From Sedimentisphaerales bacterium (GTDB taxonomy: Bacteria > Planctomycetota > Phycisphaerae > Sedimentisphaerales > SM23-30): 64,000 nt of DNA. A model generated the notes under the pieces. The model was given only the letters and a program-made list of their open reading frames with translations. It was not told the origin of the DNA and did no database searches. Made by a program: the position numbers and the translations under genes. Where the stretch lies: NCBI GenBank assembly GCA_963666285.1, contig OY762711.1; one strand, written 5' to 3'. Positions 10,725 through 21,599 of this stretch are shown here, piece by piece. Positions within the stretch are counted from its first letter, which is position 1, and each line of letters begins with the position of its first letter.

Positions 10725-11224
10725 TTCCTTTCTGCTAGACTATACTAACAATAATTCAGGAAATGTCCAATTCCAACTGAAGCAATACACAGATAGTATA
10801 CACCCTTTTCTTTTTTACATTAATTACGTTAGCTTCCGTTGTATTTAGAAAATACGAGGGAGCATATGATTTGAATAATGAAAAGTGGATTATTAGTATT
10901 TCAGCATGTGTTTTGATAGAAATATTAAATCAATTTTTTTTTAATTCACCTCGCAAGGAAATGAAAAGAATTATTTTTCTCTAATATTTTCATGTGCATT
11001 GGGAATATATGTTTATTTTGTCTTAAAAGATTATAATTCCAATAATGTCGAAGACGTTAATAAAAGTGATTTTCTAGTTGCAGATTGGTTGAGATTTACT
11101 TTTCTTTGGCTGTTTGTAAGTTTTATGCTTGCTTGGTATGGTTTCTTAACAGATATTCGTTTTTTAATGTTGAGTGGTAAATATCAAAAAAAATAGACAA
11201 TTATGATAAGTTGTTGTCGTCCTC

Positions 11225-11290
11225 AAAAACTAATCTGAGGCAAAATTAGCCTGGAATTTATGAATATTTGAAAGAAATATGCTCTTTGAA
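11225..11290 (+). repeat. ~65-bp direct repeat, copy 2
   Basis: Matches 6137-6201. Confidence 0.75.
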
Positions 11291-11611
11291 AAGTTGATAT
11301 TGCTAGTGGAAGCTAGAGAAAATAATGAAAGATTTCAGAATATTGCTCAAATTATACTATATGGGCGTACATTCTCCGTATGGTTGAATTACCATTGAGT
11401 ATATATCAATAATCAAGCAGCTCTGTTGTAAACGTGATGCAGGCCGCCAAGTATTGGCTTTTTGAAGATTTTGCCTTCAGTTTTGATAGGTCTACCTTAT
11501 TGTACTAGGTATGCTACTTTATAGCATATTGATTTAGTTTGCTTTTCTTTTTGGTATAAGTTAAAATTTATTGTATTGAAACTGCTATTATTACAAGGCA
11601 ATTAAGCATTT

Positions 11612-12214
11612 ATGACAGAAAATAAGAAGCCAACTTGTTATGTTATTGCAGGGCCAAATGGGGCTGGCAAGACTACTTTTGCAATGAAATATTTACCGGG
11701 CATTGCTGGCTGTAATAATTATATAAATGCTGATTTAATAGCTTATGGAATATCTCCTTTGGATTCTGTTGCTGTTCAATTGGAAGCAGGGCGAATATTC
11801 TTAAATGAAGTATATAAGAATATTGAAAAGCGAGTAGATTTTGCCTTTGAAACTACTCTTGCTGGTCGCAGTTATATAAAACTGTTGAAGAAGTTAAGAG
11901 AAGAAGGATGGAATATTGTTTTATTCTTTCTATGGATTCCTGATGCAGACTTTTCCAAGGATAGGGTCAGGCAGCGTGTGGAAGAAGGAGGGCATGATAT
12001 TCCTGATGAAGCGATATATAGAAGATATCCCAGGATTATGAATAATTTGCTTAATGTTTATATTCCTTTGTGTGATAAAATAACCTGCTATAATAATTCA
12101 AATCCTGAGCCTGTTTTGATTTTTGAGATAAATGAAGTGGGTTCAAATATAATTGATAATAATATTTATAATGAGATTATCAGGTGTTCAAATGATTTCA
12201 AAAGAACCAAGTAG
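11612..12214 (+). CDS. Zeta-toxin-like P-loop ATPase/kinase (COG4185-like)
   Basis: IAGPNGAGKTT, INAD, FAFETTL, RV..GGHDIP. Confidence 0.88.
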   Translation: MTENKKPTCYVIAGPNGAGKTTFAMKYLPGIAGCNNYINADLIAYGISPLDSVAVQLEAGRIFLNEVYKNIEKRVDFAFETTLAGRSYIKLLKKLREEGWNIVLFFLWIPDADFSKDRVRQRVEEGGHDIPDEAIYRRYPRIMNNLLNVYIPLCDKITCYNNSNPEPVLIFEINEVGSNIIDNNIYNEIIRCSNDFKRTK

Positions 12215-12371
12215 AATGTCTTTAGAGGGCTTAGATTGTCTAAAGAAGGCTGTATTAGAAGAGCTTAGAAAGAAGGCTCTCCTGGGGCAGTATGCTATTA
12301 TAAGCCGTAATGGCAAGGCATGCCGAGTACCTGCTGAAGAGGCTCTTAGGATTGCTGAGGGTAAGAGCTAG
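12192..12371 (+). CDS. Small partner protein of the zeta-like ATPase (possible antitoxin)
   Basis: Overlaps the ATPase 3' end; AVLEELRKKALLGQYAIISRNGK is typical of small genes following this ATPase family. Confidence 0.6.
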   Translation: MISKEPSRMSLEGLDCLKKAVLEELRKKALLGQYAIISRNGKACRVPAEEALRIAEGKS

Positions 12372-12492
12372 CCTTGTCTTGACTATTTCTTTTAGATAAC
12401 ACTCTATTTGTGAATGACCTATTGAGAGATATTCAATTTTGTTCTGCTCACTAAAAAAATTAGAATTTCATTCACCTGGAACAATCATTACA

Positions 12493-12585
12493 TCCCCTGA
12501 GTTTATCGAAGGGCTGCGGCTTTCTTCCCTTATGCCTTATCCCTTATCTCTTATGCCTCTCAAACTGACCATCGGTCAGTTTGAG
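12493..12585. repeat. Composite repeat: CCCCTGAGTTTATCGAAGGG REP-like unit, cttat(gc) heptamers x4, and the 27-bp CTCAAACTGACC palindrome
   Basis: Read directly; palindrome at 12559-12585. Confidence 0.8.
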
Positions 12586-12599
12586 TATAATCTGTTATT

Positions 12600-13139
12600 T
12601 CAACAATGTTTCTTGCTGCCAAAAAAAGTCAGGCATATTACCAGCATACCCGCAGATATACCAAGCAGCCAGTTTTTCGTCTGCTCTTTGTTTAATATTA
12701 TCCTGGCATATTTACCCCAGAACGGGAGTTTCTGCTCTTTGGGAAAGTCATCTGCTGCGAGCAAAACGGCATAATTAATATCCTGCCATTGCCGTTCCGG
12801 CTGACTGCCTTGCTCTTCTGCTTCTGAATCTTCTGATGTGATGTAATTCAGTGTTATCCGAGCCGCTCTTTTTACTATGGCTTCGTTATCCAGGTTTGTC
12901 AGCAGTTCTGATTGCTGGTCGCGTATTTCTATTAGTTTGCTGTTTTTGTATTTCTGGATCTCTAGTGCCCGCGCATCTGCATAATGGCGGTCTATTTGGC
13001 CTGCCAGTAATACAATTGCCGCAGCTGCCATTGCTGCTGTCCCGCAGATATAAAATGCCAGATTCTGGATAAAAACTCCCAGATCATGCTTGTATTTCAT
13101 TTTTTCTGATTCATTCATCTGCACTATTGTCATATACAT
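12600..13139 (-). CDS. Membrane protein with weak FtsB/DivIC-like coiled coil
   Basis: TM helix, coiled coil, then NEAIVKRAARITLNY; second TM at the C-terminus. Confidence 0.5.
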   Translation of the reverse strand: MYMTIVQMNESEKMKYKHDLGVFIQNLAFYICGTAAMAAAAIVLLAGQIDRHYADARALEIQKYKNSKLIEIRDQQSELLTNLDNEAIVKRAARITLNYITSEDSEAEEQGSQPERQWQDINYAVLLAADDFPKEQKLPFWGKYARIILNKEQTKNWLLGISAGMLVICLTFFGSKKHC

Positions 13140-13340
13140 TTTTTATTTTGTGTCGTTTTTTTATGGTCCTGTTTGTAAAGCTTTATGTCGTAATAAATTA
13201 CAGCTTTAATAAGCAGTTTGAACTATTGTTTTAGCCTTTAAAACAAGGGCCGCCGCTGGCGGGCAAACTCCATTAATATCTTCCAAACTGACTATTGGTC
13301 AGTTTGAATATTTATCGGCTATAAGTTATTACTACAGTTA

Positions 13341-13400
13341 ACTATTGCAGTTTTTATGTCGCTAAAATCGCCTAAAATAGCCTTCCTGCAACACTTATGT
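13341..13400 (+). repeat. Partial copy of dispersed repeat family B
   Basis: gcagttttta..cgcctaaaa..gccttcctgcaacactt shared with 32579-32757 and 46268-46475. Confidence 0.75.
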
Positions 13401-13532
13401 ATCTTCTATGGAGTATTGTAATCGATAAAATGTTTTTTTTGAAATCTTTTTGCTATGGCATCGACTTAAACATTGGCTGGCGAAGGTCGCCGGTTAAACT
13501 TTGGAAAAAAACTGTTTTTAAGGAGATATATT

Positions 13533-14399
13533 ATGTTTAAGAAAATGTTTAAGTCCAGTGTATTATTGTGTTTAGCTGTTTTCCTTGTTGCCGTCCTGTT
13601 GTTCGGCCCTCATGCTATGGACTACGTTCGCGGCACCGTAAATCATATTCAGAGAGGTGTTGCCAATAATGTTCCTATCGATTTTGAGCTGGAACGGGCA
13701 AAAGACATGCTCGAAGAGATTATCCCTGAGATGCGTGCCAATGTTAAACTCATCTCCCAGGAAGAGGTCGAAATTGCCGCACTCAAAACTGAAATTGACA
13801 GCTCTGTCAAACCGCTTGCCATGGAACGCCAGGCCATTGAAAACCTGAACCAGCAGCTTTGTCTCCACAAGGCCAGCTATCAGGTTGGCGGCCATCAGTT
13901 CACCAGGCAGGAACTTACAGATGATCTGGCCAGGAGATTCGAACGCTTCAAGGAATCTGAAATGGTCAGACAGAGTAAGGAAAAAATGCTCAAAATTCGT
14001 GAAAAATCACTTTCTAACGCTATAAAGACCCTCGAAAATACCAAGCAGAACAAACAGCTTCTTGAGAATAAAATCGCTTCTCTGGAAAGTCAGTATCGCC
14101 TGATCCAGGCATCTTCTGTTGGCACAGAATATAGTATCGACAATAGCAAAATATCTCAGACCGAGAAACTTATCGGGCAGATCAAGAAACGCCTCGATGT
14201 TGCCGAACGTGTTCTGGCTAATGAAGGAAAATTCCTGGAATCTAAGACTACTGCCGAATTTACTGTCGAAGATGCTGTTAATGAAGAAGAGCTGATCGGA
14301 CAGATTCGTGACTATTTCAATAGTGATGAACCGGCCGACGAGCAGCTCAATACTAACTCTGCGGTTCAGGAAGCTATTGTGGTTGCCGAGGTTCGGTAA
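13533..14399 (+). CDS. Membrane-anchored long coiled-coil protein, PspA/IM30-like
   Basis: aggag RBS, N-terminal hydrophobic helix, VPIDFELERAKDML followed by ~200 aa of coiled coil. Confidence 0.6.
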   Translation: MFKKMFKSSVLLCLAVFLVAVLLFGPHAMDYVRGTVNHIQRGVANNVPIDFELERAKDMLEEIIPEMRANVKLISQEEVEIAALKTEIDSSVKPLAMERQAIENLNQQLCLHKASYQVGGHQFTRQELTDDLARRFERFKESEMVRQSKEKMLKIREKSLSNAIKTLENTKQNKQLLENKIASLESQYRLIQASSVGTEYSIDNSKISQTEKLIGQIKKRLDVAERVLANEGKFLESKTTAEFTVEDAVNEEELIGQIRDYFNSDEPADEQLNTNSAVQEAIVVAEVR

Positions 14400-14606
14400 C
14401 CACAATGCCTCTTTATAGTTGTACCTCTGGTAGTTTTTGTGTAAAATATCGTGTCGCAATGGGTTAGATTTTTTAGTTTTAATTGCTAATATCAATTTAA
14501 GAAATTTAATATTGAGTTTAGAGTATGTTTCAGATTTAAAATAGTTATGAGCCAAAGGCCAATACATTAACTCTACACTCTTCACTTAGTTCTTCACTCT
14601 ATTATT

Positions 14607-16115
14607 ATGTATCTTATTCGGTTAAAACAAGTTAAGCAGGCTTTCGATGCCGGAAACATTGATCAGGCATGCCAAATGCTCACCTCTGATGACTATCTCT
14701 GTCAGCGGAAAGAGGGCAAAGAGCTTCTGAACAAGCTTGCCGATGCATTTATTTTGCGAGGCAATAGCCATCTTGATTCCGGTAGATATCTTCAGGCCCG
14801 CCTCGATTGCGATAATGCCAAAAAGTGCAATATCGATAACACGGGTATTATTGTGTTAGCCGATAGCATTGAGGCTGCCGAAAAAGCTAGCTTGAATCGC
14901 CAGAGACATAACGAGGTTAATCTCATGGAAGCTAGAGATCACCTGCAGAACGGCAGGCTTACTATGGGGATGAAGATTATCGATGATAATGAAAGTATGC
15001 CCGGTGCTTCTCTGCTGCGTAAACAGGCACAGCTGCGTCAGCAGCAGCTTCAGGACATCGCTGATAAACTGAAAATCGCTTTGGATAATAACGATACAGA
15101 CTATGTCCTGCAGCTCATCGCCGACCTTAGCGACCGCGAAATGACCTCTGGTAAAATGACAGCACTTGTCAAATCCGCTCGCGATATGGTTCTGGCCCAG
15201 ATCAAATCTGATTTCGCAGCCGGTCGTCTTGCCAGGCTCGTCGCTTTACTCGAAAAGTCTAGGGTTATTACCGCCGATTCGATTGAGTTTGCCGAATGGC
15301 ACGAACTTTTGAACTGCTATCGACAGGCATCAGAATATATCGAATCCGGCAATTATCGTAAAGCTCTTCAGTTGCTGAACCGGGTAAAGTCTATTGTCTC
15401 TGATGCTGACTGGCTCAATAAACTGTTGGATAGTGTCGAACGTGCCATAGATGCTATTGATGACATCCAGTTAAATACTCCGGTTCTAAAAAACAGTAAT
15501 CTTAGTCAGGCTAAACCGGCCCCTGATAAAGTTCGGGCCGCCAGGCCTGCTCCGGTTAAGGAAGTTGTCAAGCAGACTATGGCTAATAAAATATTGAATA
15601 TTGATGGTGCCGGTTCTTATATGCTTTTTATCAGTGATAAAATTACAATTGGTCCTGTCAGCTCAATCGAAAAGAAAGATATCGCTATTATTGCATCGTC
15701 CAATTCACCCCTTATCGAAATTCATAAAGACGAAGATGACTATTTCGTTCGGGCTGCTTCCGGCGAAATTATCGTAAACGGAAAAAAACATAAAGAAGCT
15801 TTACTGAATAATGGTGACAAAATAGCTGCTTCGGACCGGTCATACGTAAAGTTTAACCGGGCCAATCCGGCTAGTTCTACTGCGATTATCGACTTGGCTG
15901 GTGTTCGCCTTCCGCAGGCTGATATCACTGCGGCGATTATGGCTGATAATGAAATTATAATCGGCTCGTCTCCTTCAGCCCATATCAAATGCAGAAACTG
16001 CAAAAGCGATATAGTATTGAAGGTTAATGCAAATGGCGGGCTCGAAAAAGACGGCCTGGAGCTTATTTCAGGTACTAATGTGGAATATGGTAATGTAAGG
16101 TTGTGTCTGGTATAG
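14607..16115 (+). CDS. Helical-repeat protein with C-terminal FHA-like domain(s)
   Basis: Alpha-solenoid N-terminus; ITIG..IIVNGKK..LLNNGDKI and IIIGSSPSAHI resemble FHA strands. Confidence 0.65.
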   Translation: MYLIRLKQVKQAFDAGNIDQACQMLTSDDYLCQRKEGKELLNKLADAFILRGNSHLDSGRYLQARLDCDNAKKCNIDNTGIIVLADSIEAAEKASLNRQRHNEVNLMEARDHLQNGRLTMGMKIIDDNESMPGASLLRKQAQLRQQQLQDIADKLKIALDNNDTDYVLQLIADLSDREMTSGKMTALVKSARDMVLAQIKSDFAAGRLARLVALLEKSRVITADSIEFAEWHELLNCYRQASEYIESGNYRKALQLLNRVKSIVSDADWLNKLLDSVERAIDAIDDIQLNTPVLKNSNLSQAKPAPDKVRAARPAPVKEVVKQTMANKILNIDGAGSYMLFISDKITIGPVSSIEKKDIAIIASSNSPLIEIHKDEDDYFVRAASGEIIVNGKKHKEALLNNGDKIAASDRSYVKFNRANPASSTAIIDLAGVRLPQADITAAIMADNEIIIGSSPSAHIKCRNCKSDIVLKVNANGGLEKDGLELISGTNVEYGNVRLCLV

Positions 16116-16274
16116 GTGCCAGGTGTAAGGTTATATTTAACAAGGAAACATTATTATGGGTGTAAATGTTACCTTGCCAAGCTTTAAAACCTGGTTGCAT
16201 GACAGCACCTTAACTTATATCTTGTTACGGCAACTGTGCTGACAGTTGCAAAATTGTGAAAGACGAATAATGTG

Positions 16275-19200
16275 ATGGAGCATTTTATATATCAACATGG
16301 TGACCGCCCCTTAGAGGGCTATACAATCCAGCGGGCTGCCGGCCGCGGTGGTTTCGGCGAGGTATATTATGCCATAAGCGATTCCGGTCGGGAAGTTGCC
16401 CTGAAGGTGGTCAATAATTACGAAACGATCGAGCTGCGGGGCATTACCCAGTGCATGAACCTCAAAAGCCCGCATCTGGTTTCGATTTTTGATGTCAAAT
16501 ACAATGAAGCCAATAAGCCATTCGTTATTATGGAGTATGTCTCAGGTCCTTCATTGCGAGATCTGCTGGACCAGGCTCCCAGCGGGCTCGGCGACCAGAA
16601 GGCGGCTTTCTTCCTACGTGAAATTGCCAAGGGGCTTAGTTATCTGCACGAATGCGGCATAGTTCACCGCGACCTCAAACCCGGCAATATATTCTACGAA
16701 AACGGATATGTCAAAATCGGAGACTACGGACTTAGCAAAGCTATCAAGCATGGCTATAATAGTAACCAGACTATCACTGTTGGTACTGTTCACTATATGG
16801 CACCGGAAATTGGTGCCGGCAATTACGACAGCTCGATCGATATTTACGCGCTGGGCTGTATGCTCTATGAGATGCTCACCGGCAGCGTTCCGTTTTTTGG
16901 CAGTTCGCCCGGCGAAGTATTAATGAAGCACGTTTCTTCTCAGCCGGACCTTACCGATATCGATCCAACATTTGCCAGGGTCATTACTAAAGCTCTTGCT
17001 AAGGATCCTAACGAACGTTACCAGACTGTCCAGGAAATGGTCGAAGATGCCTTTGGCCAGGAACATATCAAAAACAGCGTCTCCCAGTTCAGGGCTGATG
17101 ACCTTTCTATGATCGCCGGTCAGGTCGCCCAAAAGATCAAAGAACGCCAGACCAGCCAGACTCGTCAGGCATCTGCCCAGCCGTCTCCGGTTGAACCTGA
17201 ACCTGCCCGGTCGGAAGATAAACGTGATTTTACCGAGCCGGATCTGCCCGAAGAAATCAACCTTTCGCCTGAAAAGGCTTTTCGGATCAAAGTACGAAAA
17301 TATGACAGGTTCTCTATCTTGGGCCGGTTATTTTCCAGTGTCATTCCAATTATCATGATGATAATTGCTTTTGCCTTTTTAATCTCCGGCATGAACCTGA
17401 GTCATTTTTATGGTATCGGTGATGGCGATGATAAACTTCTGCTGATCTTTTGTCTTGCTGCTATGCAGATTGGTGCTCTTACCGGACTTTTCTCCGGTAA
17501 CAGGCTGATTGCCGGCAAAACCAGCGATCCTGTATTAAAGAATTTCGCCAGAATTGTGCCGGCTGTTCTCCTGGCAAACTTATTTGTCTTTCCCGGCTAT
17601 ATTGATGACCCGGAATCGTTCGGCCCGGTAGTCGGCATACCATCTTGCGCCCTAATTATGCTGGCATTTATGGAAAAGAAACAGTGGCTTTCTCCCATGA
17701 GAAAACGGCAGATTGACATTGGCCATATCTTTGGCAATTGCATTTTAATGTGTATCTTGGCATTGTTTGTTCCTCGTATGGTCGGGCTGAATTTCGAATC
17801 AGTACAGTTGTATTATGCCATCTGTCTGTTTGCCGGGGTATCTTTATCTGCCCAGATTATTGCTCCTTTTATCGAACCGGCTGATCGCCAGGCATTCGAA
17901 ACCGACGATACCAACTATGCCGCTGTGTGTAATAAAAGGCTTCATCACGACTCCAGGGGCCAGGCCCTTCAACCCGACTGGCTAAAGGGGCTCTGGCGTG
18001 CCGTTTCCGGGCTGCTGTTGACTACTGCCATAGTAATGATTTTTGTTGCTGATGAGTGTAATTACGGAAGTGATTGTGATTTGGCGGTTGCATTTTGTGT
18101 GGGTGCTTTTATCTTGTTCTTTGCCTCGCTCAGACCGTCTTTCTGCAAATATTATAAAGGGCTCGGCAAAAGCCTGGTTAAGCCGCTTATACTTATGATT
18201 TCATTTGCCGCCTCATATATTGGCTTTTTTGGCATGATCATTATGAATGAGGGCGCGTTTTTGTTATTTGCTATCCCAGGCATCCTGATCTTCTGGATAG
18301 CTCTGTTCATGCCCGCACGCATATTCGATACCGCTGCCGACAAATCAGGACGAGCCTTTGCTGCCAAAAAAGAAAATAGCCCAAACGCCTATCCCCATCA
18401 GAAAATTATGCCCAAACCGGACTGGCTCAAGGCTACCTGGTATTCGATTTCGGCCATTCTCTTTTCCCTTATGGTATCACTATATATTGCCATTGGCTTT
18501 TCCGGTGAAGAGGATTTTTGCATTAGTATGGGAATTGCCGCTAATATACTGTTTATCTATTCTCTGTTCTATACCTTATCCGGCTCTTACAAGGGACTCG
18601 GCAAGAGCCTGATAAAGCCGGCATTGTTAATGTTTCATTTTGCTGTTGCACATTTATTTTTCACTCTGCTCGCTCTCTCTGGCCAGGAAGAATTTACCGC
18701 CGGTGCTGTCCCGGCAACTATCTTGTTCATTGTCGTTCTCTTTATGCCCGGCAGGGTATTCGATACCGCTGCTGAAAAATCCTCGCGATTAGCTGCTTCT
18801 GCTTTCAGACATAATAGAAATATAAATACCTCAAAAATATCTACATCTAAACGTGGCGTAGCTCTTCTGTTAAGCTTCATTCCTTTAATGTCAGGTTTTG
18901 TCGGCCCTCATGGTATCCATCGGTTTTATGTCGGAAGAATCGGTACCGGTATTCTATGGCTGGTTACAGGCGGGCTCTTTGGGGTTGGCCAGTTGATTGA
19001 TATAATTATGATTCTTACCGGCAGTTTTACCGATAAAAACGGTAAACCGCTCCTGATTTGGTGGAATGAAGAGCCTACCCCTGAATATTATGAAAAGGCG
19101 GCTCATACCCGCCATACCGGCATAAATAATAATAACAATTTCGCCGATAATGTGATGAATGATGTCAGAAGTACCGTTGAGGATATCAAGGAATCTGTTC

Positions 19201-19892
19201 GCTCTGTTACTGCTTCGGCAAAAGAAAAAGTAGCTACTGTAAAAGAACAGGTTGACAATAACGAATTTGTCGAAGATAGAAAGCAGAATGGCGAATGGTT
19301 CTCTCATGGTTCAAACTATTCAACTTACCGTGAACCGATGCGGCCTGGTGCTGCTCTACTGCGGCTTATCGGCTTTGTTTTCCTGTTAATATCTACTGTT
19401 GCCGCATTTGCCTGGGCTGCCAGGCTTCCGATTATTGTAAAAAATATTCCTGATATCTCTTCCGGCATTGATACAGAGCTCGGCGGCCCTCAGATGTGGA
19501 TGTTTATGGATAAAATCATCGTCATTATTATGATTACCGCTATGCTGCTTTCGATGCTCTTTACCTCGCTCGGCCGCAAGCATAAAAACGGTTGGCATAT
19601 GCTGCGTGGCATCATTAGTATCGGAATGGTTGCCATCGTTGCCAATAGCTGGGCTGGTATTACAGATTCCAAACTGAACAATAATTTACCGATGTTCTCT
19701 CCCAGCGGGCGTATTCCAAACGATATTATGAATTTATTCTTTAACTCTCTGCCTTCTGGCGAAGGGTTGATAACTATATTAGTCTTGGCGGTTATTGCTA
19801 TTGTGCTTTTTGCCTGGCCCGCCAGGAAACCGCAGCCTCAGCAATTTGAAAATATCTTCAGGGGCAGCGAGACTGTAGGCAATGGAAACTGA
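16275..19892 (+). CDS. Hanks-type Ser/Thr protein kinase with multi-TM sensor region and TM2 (NINE) domain
   Basis: [29 protein letters not shown]; many TM helices; [30 protein letters not shown]2 motif. Confidence 0.92.
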   Translation: MEHFIYQHGDRPLEGYTIQRAAGRGGFGEVYYAISDSGREVALKVVNNYETIELRGITQCMNLKSPHLVSIFDVKYNEANKPFVIMEYVSGPSLRDLLDQAPSGLGDQKAAFFLREIAKGLSYLHECGIVHRDLKPGNIFYENGYVKIGDYGLSKAIKHGYNSNQTITVGTVHYMAPEIGAGNYDSSIDIYALGCMLYEMLTGSVPFFGSSPGEVLMKHVSSQPDLTDIDPTFARVITKALAKDPNERYQTVQEMVEDAFGQEHIKNSVSQFRADDLSMIAGQVAQKIKERQTSQTRQASAQPSPVEPEPARSEDKRDFTEPDLPEEINLSPEKAFRIKVRKYDRFSILGRLFSSVIPIIMMIIAFAFLISGMNLSHFYGIGDGDDKLLLIFCLAAMQIGALTGLFSGNRLIAGKTSDPVLKNFARIVPAVLLANLFVFPGYIDDPESFGPVVGIPSCALIMLAFMEKKQWLSPMRKRQIDIGHIFGNCILMCILALFVPRMVGLNFESVQLYYAICLFAGVSLSAQIIAPFIEPADRQAFETDDTNYAAVCNKRLHHDSRGQALQPDWLKGLWRAVSGLLLTTAIVMIFVADECNYGSDCDLAVAFCVGAFILFFASLRPSFCKYYKGLGKSLVKPLILMISFAASYIGFFGMIIMNEGAFLLFAIPGILIFWIALFMPARIFDTAADKSGRAFAAKKENSPNAYPHQKIMPKPDWLKATWYSISAILFSLMVSLYIAIGFSGEEDFCISMGIAANILFIYSLFYTLSGSYKGLGKSLIKPALLMFHFAVAHLFFTLLALSGQEEFTAGAVPATILFIVVLFMPGRVFDTAAEKSSRLAASAFRHNRNINTSKISTSKRGVALLLSFIPLMSGFVGPHGIHRFYVGRIGTGILWLVTGGLFGVGQLIDIIMILTGSFTDKNGKPLLIWWNEEPTPEYYEKAAHTRHTGINNNNNFADNVMNDVRSTVEDIKESVRSVTASAKEKVATVKEQVDNNEFVEDRKQNGEWFSHGSNYSTYREPMRPGAALLRLIGFVFLLISTVAAFAWAARLPIIVKNIPDISSGIDTELGGPQMWMFMDKIIVIIMITAMLLSMLFTSLGRKHKNGWHMLRGIISIGMVAIVANSWAGITDSKLNNNLPMFSPSGRIPNDIMNLFFNSLPSGEGLITILVLAVIAIVLFAWPARKPQPQQFENIFRGSETVGNGN

Positions 19893-19919
19893 AACTGAGT
19901 ATTTCCAAGTTGAAGAAAA

Positions 19920-21326
19920 ATGGATGTGATTACTATGATGATAGCACCTAAAGGAATAATTATGGCACCTTTATTTATACTATTGATTTTATTATTACTC
20001 GTCGGCTTGATCATTCTTATCATCAAAAAGCCGAAAGTTTTATTACCTTTTCTTATTGTTGGATTGATCTTAATTGCTGTTATGTTCTTTGGCTATTCAG
20101 TTAAGGTCCCGGATGCCAGGCATTCTCAGCCGTCCGCTTCGGTTGTTGTTCAGTCGCCGGACACTGCCGCTGCTGCTCCTGTCTCGTTTCCCGATATCTG
20201 GAAAACCGGCATAGAAACCGAATTCGAAGTTGCTGATTATACCTCTATCGAAGCCGCCGCCGCCGGGCTTGCCAAAAAGATAGCTTTAGAGGGTTATTTG
20301 AACGACGCTATCAAAAATAACGGCCCAGGTGAGGTTAAATTCCTGACCGATATCCAGGTTTGCGGTGAAATTAACACCGGCATAGCAGATAATATGACTG
20401 TACTCGAAGCTGCCGCCGATTCTTTCAGAAAATACGCCGCACCTTCGATAGATTCTGAACAGGCTCCTGGTATTGTTTCTGGTGTCGAACCTGTAAAAGT
20501 CACTGTCAGTCCCGCTATCCCTGCCAACCCGCTTTGGGGCGCCAAAAACGGGGCGGTACTGGTAAAGATTACCGCACGGATTAACAATTCAAACGAAATC
20601 GATAACGCTCTCACTCGCCACGGAATTTTATCCATGCAGGTTCAGGCCAACAGTTACCAGCTCGACAATTCCGCCGCTTTTTCAGAAGCCAACTGGCTTG
20701 TTAAACCGGAAAATTTCGCTCGGCGTATCCATCCCAACAATACCTGGCTTATCGGCTATTCGCAAACCGCATGCAGCGACCCAGCCGAAGCTCGCAGCCA
20801 GGCAATTGACGATGCCGCACTCAGGATCGCTAAAAATTTCGGCTCTGATATTACCTTTGACAAATCCGACATCAGCAGGTTGAGTCTCATCAAGGACACC
20901 TATACCCAGAAGCTAAGGGGCAGCCAGGGCGATATATATCGCACCGCCGTTCTCATCAGCGGCCAAACTTCTGTTATTAGCAACAATTTGACCGCTTTAC
21001 GCAATTCTCATACACAACAGGTAACTACAGAACAGGTACATAGGCAGAACAGCATCCTTTCCGGTTGGGCCTCTATCGCAATCCTGGTCGCTGCTATTTT
21101 CCTCAGCTATTTCCTGCTCGATTTCGTCACAAAGGGCTACTACAAGGGCCGGCTTGTCCTGGTTCTTATCGCACTCGCCGTTCTCGGCATAATTGCAATT
21201 GTGTTTATCAGCCGCCAGAGAGCCGGAATTATGGCCTATAACAATCACACGGTCAATCACTCCGTATACGGTCAGGTAGATGAAAACAATATGCCTTTCA
21301 AACTGACCATCGGTCAGTTTGTGTAA
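19920..21326 (+). CDS. Membrane protein with large extracytoplasmic domain; start codon uncertain
   Basis: TM pairs at both termini; follows the kinase after 27 nt. Confidence 0.7.
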   Translation: MDVITMMIAPKGIIMAPLFILLILLLLVGLIILIIKKPKVLLPFLIVGLILIAVMFFGYSVKVPDARHSQPSASVVVQSPDTAAAAPVSFPDIWKTGIETEFEVADYTSIEAAAAGLAKKIALEGYLNDAIKNNGPGEVKFLTDIQVCGEINTGIADNMTVLEAAADSFRKYAAPSIDSEQAPGIVSGVEPVKVTVSPAIPANPLWGAKNGAVLVKITARINNSNEIDNALTRHGILSMQVQANSYQLDNSAAFSEANWLVKPENFARRIHPNNTWLIGYSQTACSDPAEARSQAIDDAALRIAKNFGSDITFDKSDISRLSLIKDTYTQKLRGSQGDIYRTAVLISGQTSVISNNLTALRNSHTQQVTTEQVHRQNSILSGWASIAILVAAIFLSYFLLDFVTKGYYKGRLVLVLIALAVLGIIAIVFISRQRAGIMAYNNHTVNHSVYGQVDENNMPFKLTIGQFV

Positions 21327-21599
21327 ATATTAAAACACGAGCAGAATGAAATCTGCCTTAAGCGGAGCGAGTCACCTTATAATTATTGGTGTGAATTCGT
21401 GTCCATCCTATGAACCGGAGCATTTCAAGTTGTTTTTCTTCTTTTTTACATTTTTATCAAATTTCCTGGGTTTTTGCCCCTGTAGCTTCGTCGCCTCGGC
21501 GTCAGCTCTCACCCAAACATGGGCTGATGCCGATGGCGTAAGAAGTTACAGGGGCTAACCCTGTTAGCTTTTGAGCTGAGGCAGAGGCCTCATATTTTA

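Larger units (their letters stand above)
9169..10789 (-). mobile_element. IS3-family insertion sequence, apparently intact
   Basis: TG..CA ends with imperfect TIRs (tgtactggttcagcgtgaactggaca vs tgtattgcttcagttggaattggaca); 4-bp target duplication CAGA at 9165-9168 and 10790-10793. Confidence 0.93.
9138..11196 (+). pseudogene. Membrane protein gene (immunity-like) split by IS3 and carrying a 1-nt frameshift
   Basis: Removing the IS and one CAGA joins MNTMNGWIKQ to IVYTLFFFTLITLASVVF..KEMKRIIF; a frameshift near 10978 leads into the 10999-11196 frame. Confidence 0.7.

Noticed and set aside
12439..12778. Plus-strand ORFs over the REP cluster
   Set aside because: They translate repeats and the antisense of 12600-13139
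14007..14585. 192-aa minus-strand ORF and similar overlapping ORFs elsewhere
   Set aside because: Antisense to better-supported genes, with no motifs or RBS
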